A DNA stretch of 32,000 nt from a cyanobacterium endosymbiont of Epithemia turgida isolate EtSB Lake Yunoko (GCF_000829235.1 NZ_AP012549.1:840001-872000), one strand, 5' to 3'; positions 8,773-17,481 are shown, numbered from the stretch's first letter. Numbers and translations are program-made. The notes: a model not told the origin generated them from the letters alone.

Positions 8773-10272
8773 TTAATATTGGGCCGGAATAGCCACACTA
8801 ATAGCATCAATCACTTTATTAATCGCAATAATTTCTAGTCCAATATCATCAGCAAAAGTCTGACCTTTAGGTACAATTGCTCGTTTAAAGCCTAACTTAG
8901 CTGCTTCTTTAAGACGTAGTTCCATTTGAGATACCAGCCGAACTTGTCCCCCTAGTCCCACTTCGCCAATCAAGACAGTACGAGGATCAACTACTCGATC
9001 ACGAAAACTAGCCACTACAGCAATTGCCACTCCTAAGTCAGCGGCTGGTTCCTCCACCCCTAACCCACCGACAGAGGCTACATAAGCATCCAATTTTGAT
9101 AACGGAATTCCTACCCGCTTCTCCAAGACGGCTAAAATCTGTTGTAGGCGACTATAATCAACTCCAGTAGTGGAACGACGAGGAGAAGAATAACTCGTAG
9201 GACTGACTAATGCTTGCAACTCTACCACTAAAGGACGAGTTCCCTCACAAGCAACCACTGTAGCGGTTCCTGGAGCAAATTCATCGCGGCTGCCCAGAAA
9301 TAATTCCGAGGGGTTAGTAACTTCTATTAGCCCATGTTCGGCCATTTCAAAAATTCCGATTTCATGAGTCGCCCCAAAGCGATTTTTAACTGACCTGAGA
9401 AGACGATGGGAAGCATAGCGATCACCCTCAAAATATAGGACTGTATCAACTAAATGTTCAAGCACTCTTGGTCCTGCAATCGTCCCTTCTTTAGTTACGT
9501 GACCAACGATCAGTAGAGTGATGTTCTCCCGTTTAGCCACTTGCATCAACGCTGAAGTACACTCACGGACTTGAGCGACTGAACCGGGAGCTGAAGTTAA
9601 GGCAGCAAAATAGAGAGTTTGAATACTATCAATAACAGCAACTTGTGGCTTTAACGATTCTAACTCTCGCAGAATTTCTTCCAAATCTGTTTCTGATAAG
9701 ATGTAAAGGTTGGAATGAGTTTTGTTTGTCTCTGAATTTGCTGATTTGGAGTTTTTGAGTTCTTGAGCATTACTGTTAACATCAGTGGTCGTTGTTGTTT
9801 CTTTGACCCCTAACCGAGAGGCCCTTAATTTCACCTGTTGTCCTGATTCTTCGGCAGATACATAGAGAATGCGAGGTAATCTTTGGGACAGTTGGTTAGC
9901 CGTTTGTAGCAATAGAGTAGATTTCCCGATTCCTGGATCACCCCCAATCAAAACAAGAGAACCAGGAACCACACCTCCACCGAGAACTCGGTCTAATTCT
10001 TCGTATCCCGACGGAAACCTAAATTGTTCCTCTTGGGTGATTTCCGAAAAAGGAATTGAAATTCGGGGTTGAGGAGGTATAGCGGAGGTATTCTGTAAAC
10101 GGATATTAGATTGCCATCCTCCCCGTAAAATTCCCCCTGATAGATTGGAGTTAGGGTTGATAACTTGTTCTTCCAGAGTTCCATAAACTCCGCAACTAGA
10201 GCATTTGCCAAACCACTGAGAAGATTCTGCGCCACAGGCACTACAAATATGAATGGTCCGAGATTTTGCCAT
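8773..10272 (-). CDS. radA: DNA repair protein RadA/Sms
   Basis: N-terminal zinc ribbon CSACGAESSQWFGKCSSCG, Walker A GGDPGIGKSTLLLQ, KNRFG motif and a Lon-protease-like C-terminal domain (GEVGLGGQVR). A Thr/Asn/Ser-rich insert follows LRASRLG. Confidence 0.95.
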   Translation of the reverse strand: MAKSRTIHICSACGAESSQWFGKCSSCGVYGTLEEQVINPNSNLSGGILRGGWQSNIRLQNTSAIPPQPRISIPFSEITQEEQFRFPSGYEELDRVLGGGVVPGSLVLIGGDPGIGKSTLLLQTANQLSQRLPRILYVSAEESGQQVKLRASRLGVKETTTTTDVNSNAQELKNSKSANSETNKTHSNLYILSETDLEEILRELESLKPQVAVIDSIQTLYFAALTSAPGSVAQVRECTSALMQVAKRENITLLIVGHVTKEGTIAGPRVLEHLVDTVLYFEGDRYASHRLLRSVKNRFGATHEIGIFEMAEHGLIEVTNPSELFLGSRDEFAPGTATVVACEGTRPLVVELQALVSPTSYSSPRRSTTGVDYSRLQQILAVLEKRVGIPLSKLDAYVASVGGLGVEEPAADLGVAIAVVASFRDRVVDPRTVLIGEVGLGGQVRLVSQMELRLKEAAKLGFKRAIVPKGQTFADDIGLEIIAINKVIDAISVAIPAQY

Positions 10273-10485
10273 AATGCCTTTTTTAAGAAAGGTTAAAAAA
10301 ACTTAAAAAACTAGCTGGTCCGAGTCCAAAATAATTAAAAGATGATAATGGGTATGCTGTTCCATTATTCCGTTAAAAATCGTTACTACGGGAAAATAAT
10401 CTATAGTTATTGACTTAATCATAATGGGAAAGCGATATTCTAGAAGCAGAAACATCATTATATAACTTAAAGAAAGTTCAGAAAT

Positions 10486-10500
10486 TTTACATTTAAGGAG
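10486..10500 (+). promoter_or_regulatory. Perfect HLR1-type half-site TTTACATT abutting the Shine-Dalgarno AAGGAG of rpaB
   Basis: tttacatt lies at 10486-10493 and aaggag at 10495-10500. A degenerate upstream half-site GTTCAGAA sits at 10476-10483 with the canonical 2-nt spacing. Confidence 0.25.
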
Positions 10501-10511
10501 TACTGGAGAAA

Positions 10512-11243
10512 TTGGAAATTCATAAAGAGAAAATTCTAGTGGTTGATGATGAAGCCAGCATCCGTCGTATTTTAGAAACTCGTTTGTCTATGATTGGTTA
10601 TGATGTGGTCACAGCTGCCGATGGAGAAGAAGCCTTAGACACTTTTCATAAAGCTGATCCTGATTTAGTCGTTTTGGATGTCATGATGCCTAAGCTTGAT
10701 GGTTATGGTGTATGTCAAGAATTACGCAAAGAATCGGACATCCCCATCATCATGTTAACTGCTTTAGGAGATGTTGCTGATCGAATTACGGGGTTAGAGT
10801 TGGGGGCTGATGATTATGTAGTTAAACCTTTTTCTCCTAAGGAATTAGAAGCAAGAATTAGATCCGTGTTGCGACGGGCTGACAAGAATGGAACTCCGGG
10901 AATTCCCAGTTCAGGAGTCATTCATATCGGGTTAATTAGAATTGATACGAACAAACGTCAAGTTTACAAAGGGGATGAACGTATCCGCTTGACGGGGATG
11001 GAATTTAGTTTATTAGAGCTGTTAGTCAGTCGATCAGGTGAGCCTTTTTCTCGTTCAGAAATTCTACAGGAAGTCTGGGGATATACTCCCGAACGTCATG
11101 TGGATACCCGTGTAGTAGATGTTCATATTTCCCGTCTCAGGGCAAAATTAGAGGATGATCCGAGTAATCCTGAGTTGATTCTGACAGCTAGAGGCACTGG
11201 CTATCTCTTTCAACGTATTTTAGAATCAGGAGAAAAGTTTTGA
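10512..11243 (+). CDS. rpaB: OmpR-family response regulator RpaB (Ycf27/Rre26 orthologue)
   Basis: The receiver domain is near-identical, as far as I recall it, to Synechocystis/Synechococcus RpaB (KEKILVVDDEASIRRILETRLSMIGYDVVTAADGEEAL...LDVMMPKLDGYGVCQELRKESDIPIIMLTALGDVADRITGLELGADDYVVKPFSPKELEARIRSVLRR). A winged-helix C-terminus follows. The start is TTG, 11 nt after AAGGAG, with an in-frame stop at 10494-10496. Confidence 0.93.
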   Translation: MEIHKEKILVVDDEASIRRILETRLSMIGYDVVTAADGEEALDTFHKADPDLVVLDVMMPKLDGYGVCQELRKESDIPIIMLTALGDVADRITGLELGADDYVVKPFSPKELEARIRSVLRRADKNGTPGIPSSGVIHIGLIRIDTNKRQVYKGDERIRLTGMEFSLLELLVSRSGEPFSRSEILQEVWGYTPERHVDTRVVDVHISRLRAKLEDDPSNPELILTARGTGYLFQRILESGEKF

Positions 11244-11248
11244 TCATT

Positions 11249-11275
11249 CCCCGTCAAGCTCGAGCTGTGGCGGGG
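11249..11275. terminator. GC-rich imperfect hairpin between the convergent rpaB and cbiD remnant (possible terminator)
   Basis: The sequence ccccgtcaagctcgagctgtggcgggg has cccc/gggg ends plus an internal palindrome agctcgagct. It starts 6 nt after the rpaB stop. There is no clear U-tract. Confidence 0.3.
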
Positions 11276-11351
11276 ACAAAATACTCAGTTTCTATGTAAT
11301 GTATAAAGTTAATCCAAACTTGGTGTACGGATATTTTACACAATGCTTTTG

Positions 11352-11806
11352 CTAGTTGCAGACTTCATTACTCATAATCAATTTTCCGTGATTACTGCTA
11401 ACAATAATAGAGCGATTACGTCCAAATAAGACTGATTCTACTCTCACGTCAACGTCAGTACGCATATAAACTTGACTTCTTTGATCAATGGTCTGAGCTA
11501 TAGATTGATATATTTTTTCAGTCCAATTACTTCCCATTTGTTCATCACAATCCCGCAATAATTTTAATCTATTTTCCGTAGTAGAACTTTTTAAAAGCTG
11601 TTGCAACTTAGTACTTATACAACCTATTTTAGTTCCGTGAGCAACTCAGATTTATAATCTTCTATCAACTAAATGATGATGAGTATGAAAAATTCCTCCA
11701 GCTAATTTGATTAATTTGCCATGATAACCAAACAGTACAAGAGAAACTAATTTTTGAACTCCAGCCGTAACTAATGAAGAAACTAGCAAATTCGTAGTTT
11801 TAATTC
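11352..11806 (-). pseudogene. cbiD: 5'-truncated remnant of cbiD (cobalt-precorrin-5B C1-methyltransferase)
   Basis: The minus strand reads [104 protein letters not shown]...VESVLFGRNRSIIVSSNHG. This is colinear with the CbiD C-terminal third (compare Salmonella [35 protein letters not shown]...DCDTTEAA...ILFSFDNHILGSN). In-frame stops lie at 11652-11654 and 11646-11648. About 200 N-terminal codons are absent. The 84-aa track ORF is only the tail of this remnant. Confidence 0.85.
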
Positions 11807-11851
11807 AGTATTTTATAATTTATTCCTTGTTGTCTCGCTAACTCTAACTTT

Positions 11852-12559
11852 TTATAAATTATGTTTAACCGCCACTCTTTTATCGAAAACGAAACATTCT
11901 CCGTTCCACAAACTTTGTTCTGATTGTACTTTCTCTAAATATTTTAAAATTCCCCCCTTGAGTTGATAAACCTCCTTAAAGCCTTTACTAACTAATAAAG
12001 AAGTGGCTTTTTCGCAACGAATTCCACCTGTACAAAACATAGCTATTTTTTTGTGTTTGGATGGATGAAGATTTTGAGCAACATAATTGGGAAATTCACG
12101 AAAATAATTAGTTTTAGGATTAACTGCTCCTTTAAAGCTTCCCATTTCTACCTCATAATTATTACGCGTATCAATAACTAAAATTTTTGGATCAGAAATT
12201 AAATTATTCCAGTCATTATAATCAACATAGGTACCGAAATTTTTAGCTAGATTAATGTCTGTAATTCCTAGAGTAACAATCTCTTTTTTTAGTCGAACTT
12301 TCATTTTTTTAAACGGTAAATACTCTGTAGAGACTTCTTTGGTTTCCAAGTCAGTTAAGCGAGGATCACAATGTAAGTAATCTATTACAGCATCAAGTCC
12401 CTGACGAGACCCCACAATTGTTCCGTTTATTCCTTCTTGGGCTAATAAAATTGTACCTTTAATGGCTTTTTGGTAACAAAGTTCTAGTAAAGGTTTTTGC
12501 TTTATATTAAAATCTGTTAATCTCACGAATTTATAGAAGGTAGCGACGATTTGATTCAT
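11852..12559 (-). CDS. trhO: Rhodanese-domain protein of the UPF0176/YceA family (tRNA uridine(34) hydroxylase TrhO-type)
   Basis: The N-terminus FYKFVRL...[11 protein letters not shown] is typical of the family. The rhodanese active-site loop is [12 protein letters not shown], and the C-terminus has GGILKYLE...[13 protein letters not shown]. Confidence 0.88.
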   Translation of the reverse strand: MNQIVATFYKFVRLTDFNIKQKPLLELCYQKAIKGTILLAQEGINGTIVGSRQGLDAVIDYLHCDPRLTDLETKEVSTEYLPFKKMKVRLKKEIVTLGITDINLAKNFGTYVDYNDWNNLISDPKILVIDTRNNYEVEMGSFKGAVNPKTNYFREFPNYVAQNLHPSKHKKIAMFCTGGIRCEKATSLLVSKGFKEVYQLKGGILKYLEKVQSEQSLWNGECFVFDKRVAVKHNL

Positions 12560-12581
12560 GGTAGATTGGCTCTCAAAAAAC

Positions 12582-12611
12582 TTGTCATTTTAAAAATTCT
12601 ATGTGTATAAT
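12582..12611 (+). promoter_or_regulatory. Candidate sigma70-type promoter for tRNA-Ala
   Basis: TTGTCA (12582-12587), an 18-nt spacer, then TATAAT (12606-12611). The -10 box ends about 60 nt upstream of the mature tRNA 5' end. Confidence 0.4.
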
Positions 12612-12671
12612 AACAAAAGTAAATGATTTATCTTGTCAAAGACTTCTCATAAATTGTCTGCTCGGTGGCTT

Positions 12672-12744
12672 GGGGGTATAGCTCAGTTGGTAGAGCGCCT
12701 GCTTTGCAAGCAGGACGTCAGCGGTTCAAGTCCGCTTACCTCCA
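12672..12744 (+). tRNA. tRNA-Ala, anticodon UGC, 73 nt, no encoded CCA
   Basis: The manual cloverleaf has acceptor GGGGGTA/TACCTCC with the G3:U70 alanine identity pair. The D arm is GCTC-AGTTGGTA-GAGC. The anticodon stem CCTGC/GCAGG carries loop TTTGCAA. The T arm is AGCGG-TTCAAGT-CCGCT, and the discriminator base is A. Confidence 0.97.
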
Positions 12745-13268
12745 TCAGGCTGTACTTTTATGAGTTGTCTTTTAGGTATTTTCATGCAGTATTCTTCTTT
12801 TTTAATCGGGGAGCTGCAGGATTTTGGTTTCTTGCGATTTGACCTAGCGTTTGATTAACTGATTCCTAAATAGGGCCATAAAATTGGGTTTACTGATTAG
12901 ATGTCGCCGCCCCGTAATCATTTAGACCTTTGAATGAATTAATACAAACATTTATAAGCAACTCAAGGTGGTAGTGGTAGGAGTTTATTCATAAACTAAA
13001 GGTATTTCATCGAAAGTCACTAAAGTAGCCTTGTTGATAGTTTTGACTCTTCCAGATTGAGTATGATGAATTAGTAGCTAATGGTAACTGCTGAAACTTA
13101 TTTTTTAATTGCATTCTGTAACTTCAATATTTTCAATGTTATAACAATTTAGTCTTTAGAAAATTTAAAATTTTGCATTGCATAACTTTTAGCTTTTGTT
13201 TACTACAAATTTATCAAACTTAGGTTGTAAGAGCCGGATTTTTTTGATAGGATTTATTTCAATAACTA

Positions 13269-13338
13269 TCATGATGACAATGATACTGATAGCATTAACA
13301 TAACAATAAATTTTTTGCATTGCTCATTGTCATCATGA
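13269..13338. repeat. Perfect 15-bp inverted repeat separated by 40 nt
   Basis: tcatgatgacaatga (13269-13283) and tcattgtcatcatga (13324-13338) are exact reverse complements. Confidence 0.9.
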
Positions 13339-13611
13339 ACGAGAAAAAGAACAGAAATATTATGTTTAAATCCAAGAGGATATAAAGTTTTAAAAACTAC
13401 ATATTGGATGAAACTATCATAAAATTTAATTAGAAAAATAATTTAATAGATGATTTAAAAATTAAAATACTTATGTATTTATTCAATAAATAAAATAACC
13501 AGAACTTATATCGAAGAAGGTATTCAATATCTTGAATAGTTCCTATGAAAAAATATAATAATTCATGCTAATCGATAATGATCTAATTTCTTATTTTTTG
13601 TCTTAAAAAAT

Positions 13612-13641
13612 TTGTCAAGTTTTTACTCAAAAACTTGACAA
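13612..13641. repeat. Perfect 13-bp stem / 4-nt loop hairpin in an AT-rich desert
   Basis: The sequence is ttgtcaagttttt-actc-aaaaacttgacaa, and the arms are exact complements. Confidence 0.9.
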
Positions 13642-14409
13642 TAGAAAGAAACAAGAGTGAGGACAAGGATTATTCCGTCTCCTAAAAAAAGCGAAAAAAA
13701 TAGATGATTTTACATTAAGGAAAAATTGAACTGAAACTTACTGCAAAGATAAATAAATAATTACTCAGTTTGTGTAAGTAGTTAGTAAAAAAAGGGCACA
13801 TCAGTTATAGTGGTAAAGATTTTTTTCTTTAAGATACTAATCCAACTAGCCCCTTTGTTTTTGTATTTTAGTATACAGTATTTAGTACATAGCATTTTTA
13901 TCTTTTAGAATTATAATCGTATGGATAATTTTTTTCTGCTTATTCCTGATTTTTAGCACTTAGAGTTGATATTCTATTTAGTAAAATTACTGCCCGATAA
14001 TTAAGCCATCTTTGTTTAGATTTTATCATTTTTATCCTTAATTTGAGTGTATATTTTGGGTGTTAGTAATTTTTGCCTAATTTCCTGTTTTATTTGCCAT
14101 TTTGAGCAGTAAATATAAGACATTACGAATAGTCTTAAATAGACGACATACGTTTTGCCTCTTTTTTGTACTATTTTAATCACTTTTTAAGGTCTTGGCA
14201 TAACTGATAATGTTCACTAGACTATTTGATTACTTCTTTTTGAGTTATCAAACTATCTAAATGTTTTTAGTTTGTGTTACATCATTAATTACATTTTCCT
14301 TAAAAACTTCATTTATCAACGATTTTTTATCATTTCTATTTTATGAGACTGATAGTCTTAGTGAAGATTTTACAAATTTTTTCTTGCCATTTCTAATTTG
14401 TTTAAAGAT

Positions 14410-14438
14410 TAAGCCTCGCCCTAAAATGGTGAGGCTTA
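14410..14438 (-). terminator. Candidate intrinsic terminator of the 15940..14462 gene pair
   Basis: The minus-strand RNA uaagccucacc-auuuuag-ggcgaggcuua forms 8 bp plus 2 bp with one mismatch. It starts 24 nt after the stop and is followed by a U-containing stretch (aaucuuu). Confidence 0.45.
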
Positions 14439-14461
14439 AAAACCAGGTTTTGGCTCAAAAG

Positions 14462-15307
14462 TTAGCGTTTTCTACTACCAAAACTACGAGAACGCGACCG
14501 AGGATAACTACTACCAAAACCACTCTTGCGTTGAGTAGTTGGTTTAGACATTCCAGAAGTTCTTAGCCTACTCGAGCCCACCCCCGAACCACTTGATTTA
14601 CTAGAATCAAGGGAACTTTTGCGGGTAGAAGGAGACCGTCTTAGATTTCCTGAAGTCCGTAGGGTTTCGCGATTTTGCACAGCCGCAGGGGGAGCATTGT
14701 ATTTACTTCGGTAGCTATCAACTGCTTGAGTATAGGTGTTTCCGGAACCCCCATATCCCCTAATTATATCTCCTGGTTGATACATGGGAGGAACATAGTA
14801 ACGAGGGCTAAACAGTAAACTGCCTACCGCTTGACCCACTAACGCCCCAGCAAAAGGAGTCCAAAAATTAGATTCCCGATTCACTACTACGGTTTGGGGT
14901 TGTCCAGTTTGAGCATTAGTTTGGGTTTCAGTTACGGTATGGACGTATTCAATTTTAAAGTCTTTGGTGAGGGACATGATAGCTTCATTTCCGGTCACTT
15001 CGACTGAGGTTTTGTCCCCATTAGCAATTTGTTCATCTGTCAATTGTGCCATTTGTAAGTCAGCAGTCTGATAGACAGAAGATGTTCCTGGGGGCGTGTT
15101 TAAAAGCATCAGAGTATAGGTTCCATCAGCATCGTCATAGCTTGCCTGTTGGACTGGATAAGTTCCTTTATTCACTTGGTTAGGAGAAATAACCGGTGAA
15201 TTCTTAGGGGTGGAAGAAGACTGGGTTGAAGTGGTTGATGAATTGCAGGCTATTGTCGTCCAACATAGGGCTACAATCATCAAAATAGTAATGAATCTGC
15301 GTTGCAT
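14462..15307 (-). CDS. Putative lipoprotein with a Ser/Arg/Gly-rich basic C-terminal tail; function unknown
   Basis: The signal peptide and lipobox-like site read MQRRFITILMIVALCWTTIAC. A Ser/Thr-rich linker and a globular middle region follow. The last ~70 residues are rich in S, R, G and K (..RSPSTRKSSLDSSKSSGSGVGSSRLRTSG..SRSRSFGSRKR). It lies 27 nt downstream of the preceding gene on the same strand. Confidence 0.75.
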   Translation of the reverse strand: MQRRFITILMIVALCWTTIACNSSTTSTQSSSTPKNSPVISPNQVNKGTYPVQQASYDDADGTYTLMLLNTPPGTSSVYQTADLQMAQLTDEQIANGDKTSVEVTGNEAIMSLTKDFKIEYVHTVTETQTNAQTGQPQTVVVNRESNFWTPFAGALVGQAVGSLLFSPRYYVPPMYQPGDIIRGYGGSGNTYTQAVDSYRSKYNAPPAAVQNRETLRTSGNLRRSPSTRKSSLDSSKSSGSGVGSSRLRTSGMSKPTTQRKSGFGSSYPRSRSRSFGSRKR

Positions 15308-15334
15308 AAGTTTAGATTATTAGACTAGGGTTGA

Positions 15335-15940
15335 TTATAGGGAGATTAGTTCTGAGAAATTAAGTAATAACTGATCATTGGTAAGTTCATCACCTAATCG
15401 GGCGGGGGAAAAGTGTACTTGTATTGCTTCTAAAATTCCTTGATAATTAAGGTTAATAAGAGCTTTAAGTCCTTTTTCTAAAGCTAAGCGATCATCTAAA
15501 CTGGTTTCTAATTCAGGCGCTTCACCTTTAAAAGCCACTATAATCATAACAACCACATTACGGGTCATGGGAAGAGATAAGGGGACGTTTTCCTCACTGG
15601 TAAAACTATCAAATTCTGGTTCACTGAGGTAACGTTGGGCAGAATCCGTGAATAGTTCGGTGATATAATCTCCCGCCTCTTCTTCTTTCCAAAAAACATC
15701 TCCTTCATTGGCGGCTGATCGCCAATAAATAGACATCTCTAAGAGTTTTTGGCAGATGCTAACTAAGCCTTCTCCTAACACCCCTAAATCTCCTTCGGAT
15801 TCTAGGGCGTTTTGGGCAGTCTGGTTGAGAACCCCTAAAAGGGGAGCGACTTCATCTCCTGCAAGATGGATGAAAATACGAGAAACTACAAAACGGTTTT
15901 TCCCTGTTAACTTGTTAAAACGATTACCTAAAGAACTCAT
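15335..15940 (-). CDS. Conserved hypothetical soluble acidic protein (201 aa), probably co-transcribed with the lipoprotein gene
   Basis: Clean ATG ORF with no TM segments. I cannot place it in a named family with confidence. Confidence 0.7.
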   Translation of the reverse strand: MSSLGNRFNKLTGKNRFVVSRIFIHLAGDEVAPLLGVLNQTAQNALESEGDLGVLGEGLVSICQKLLEMSIYWRSAANEGDVFWKEEEAGDYITELFTDSAQRYLSEPEFDSFTSEENVPLSLPMTRNVVVMIIVAFKGEAPELETSLDDRLALEKGLKALINLNYQGILEAIQVHFSPARLGDELTNDQLLLNFSELISL

Positions 15941-16167
15941 AATAGTGTTTTCCTTAACTATAGAGAATTAAGCGGGAGAGAGGGAAATTTTTAACGTATG
16001 ACTTCTAACAGCTAACTTTATTTTTTATTGTTTTTGTCTGACTTTCTTTCTTTTTCTGGGGCAAAAATTTAAAAGAAACCGGAAGTAGATGGTTCTGTCT
16101 CAAGATTATCTGTGTCTAAGTTAGTCTCTTGGAAGTTTTCTATAATGTAAGACCCACTGGTTTGAGA

Positions 16168-17394
16168 TTAATCGTCTGCGATCATTGTTGGTGTTTCTTT
16201 ACATCTTTCTAAGGCAATTTCCTTAGAAAGGATAGATTCTTTTGAGGTTTCCTGTTTATTTTCTTTTGGCTGTTCAATATTACAAGTTTCTGAGGTCATT
16301 TCTGTCCCTTCAACAATTATTTTCGTTGCTTGGGGCTGTTCTAAAAAATTAAAATTCTCTTTCTTTACTTGTTGAATTGCCAATTCTTCTCGCTCTCCTA
16401 ATGCTTCTGCTACTTCATGTTCTATCACTGCTTTTTTTTGAGAAATTGTTTCAAACTTTTCTTGTTTCTCCAAAGTCTCAGAATTTTTCCAGTCCTCTTT
16501 TTCTATGTTTAATTCTTGTTGATTAGATGATTCAGTAATAATTTCCGATGACGGTTTAGATTTCAATCTGATAAACCTAAATAGAGAACTTAGAAGAAAA
16601 CTTAGAGAGAAGCCCTTCTGCTTGGGTTTTTTGAGTTCTAATTCAATGGTCGTAGAGGATTTGGATTCGGTTTTTACAATAGGGGTTTTTATTGGTTCTT
16701 CTGTTGATTTTTCCGCCAGTGGGGGTGAAGGAAGTTTTTCCTCCGAAATTAATGATTCAGGTGTTTTTTGGGAAGAGGTTTCTAGGGTTTCTGTTTCTCC
16801 TATCAGGGCAATCGCTTCTGTTGACTCTTGAATAAAGGTTTCTGCCATTTCTGGGAAGGTATCTTTTTCTGTAGACACTTCTTTAGAGATTGGTAGATTA
16901 ACTTCTCTGGTAAGGAAGTCTTTTGCTTCTGTTATCGTCTCTACCACTGGGGATGGAGTATCGGCAACATTAGAGTTTTTCTTGCTTCCTAAACGGCTTT
17001 TTACCCAACTTAGGATGGAAAAATTAGTGAGAGCAGTTGGGTCCTCTGGACAAGCGATCACTCGTCTCAGCCGAACAGTTTGCCACCCGAAGGATACTAC
17101 TAAAATCACTGCCGCCGACTGTCCCAATAAGATTCCACCAGTAATGCGTTCAGCACATACCCACAAAACTAGGGCATAAAATAAACCAATAGCACTCCAA
17201 AGAAAGTCATCTTGGCGATGCAATCTTGATAAGAAGAAAGCTGATAGATACAAAATTATGCTAGTGAAGGCGATGATAATTGCTAGGATATAGGCCAACA
17301 TCGAATGGGTTACTCCTTGGGTATTTTCTTTATCATTGTGAGGCATCTTGCCTCTTATTTTATTGTTCATCGGATTGATGATCCAGTTTTTCAC
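16168..17394 (-). CDS. ycf66: Ycf66-like membrane protein with a long acidic Glu/Ser/Thr/Lys-rich C-terminal extension
   Basis: The N-terminal two-helix domain MLAYILAIIIAFTSIILYLSAFFLSRLHRQDDFLWSAIGLFYALVLWVCAERITGGILLGQSAAVILVVSFGWQTVRLRR matches the Ycf66_N pattern. The true start may be the internal Met at 17301. The remaining ~290 residues are low-complexity. Confidence 0.75.
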   Translation of the reverse strand: MKNWIINPMNNKIRGKMPHNDKENTQGVTHSMLAYILAIIIAFTSIILYLSAFFLSRLHRQDDFLWSAIGLFYALVLWVCAERITGGILLGQSAAVILVVSFGWQTVRLRRVIACPEDPTALTNFSILSWVKSRLGSKKNSNVADTPSPVVETITEAKDFLTREVNLPISKEVSTEKDTFPEMAETFIQESTEAIALIGETETLETSSQKTPESLISEEKLPSPPLAEKSTEEPIKTPIVKTESKSSTTIELELKKPKQKGFSLSFLLSSLFRFIRLKSKPSSEIITESSNQQELNIEKEDWKNSETLEKQEKFETISQKKAVIEHEVAEALGEREELAIQQVKKENFNFLEQPQATKIIVEGTEMTSETCNIEQPKENKQETSKESILSKEIALERCKETPTMIADD

Positions 17395-17481
17395 TTTAGT
17401 AAGTTAGATTAGTTACCAAATTCTTTGACTGAGGTTGTCTCCTTACACTTGATATTGTTTTTAAACCTTTAAGAAACCTCC

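Noticed and set aside
9700-9800. Thr/Asn/Ser-rich ~30-residue insert in RadA (KETTTTTDVNSNAQELKNSKSANSETNKTHSN) as a novel domain
   Set aside because: It is a low-complexity linker at a position where cyanobacterial RadA proteins are generally longer than the E. coli protein. There is no evidence of a folded insert or of an intein or mobile element.
9869-10241. ORFs 9869..10072 (+) and 9993..10241 (-, alternative frame) within radA
   Set aside because: They overlap the well-supported radA frame (zinc ribbon and Walker A region) and are frame or strand shadows.
11352-11606. 84-aa ORF as a standalone small protein
   Set aside because: It uses a TTG 'start' and continues in frame upstream into recognisable CbiD sequence interrupted by two stops. 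It is the tail of a pseudogene.
12633-12842. 69-aa plus-strand ORF
   Set aside because: It reads straight through the tRNA-Ala gene (..WLGGIAQLVERLLCKQDVSGSSPL..), which is a classic tRNA-translation artefact.
14261-14566. 101-aa plus-strand ORF
   Set aside because: It consists of AT-rich low-complexity sequence and then the antisense of the Ser/Arg-rich tail of the lipoprotein gene. It has no start context or protein-like features.
15756-17179. Plus-strand ORFs 15756..15971, 16622..16831 and 16982..17179
   Set aside because: They are antisense shadows of the 201-aa gene and the Ycf66-like gene.
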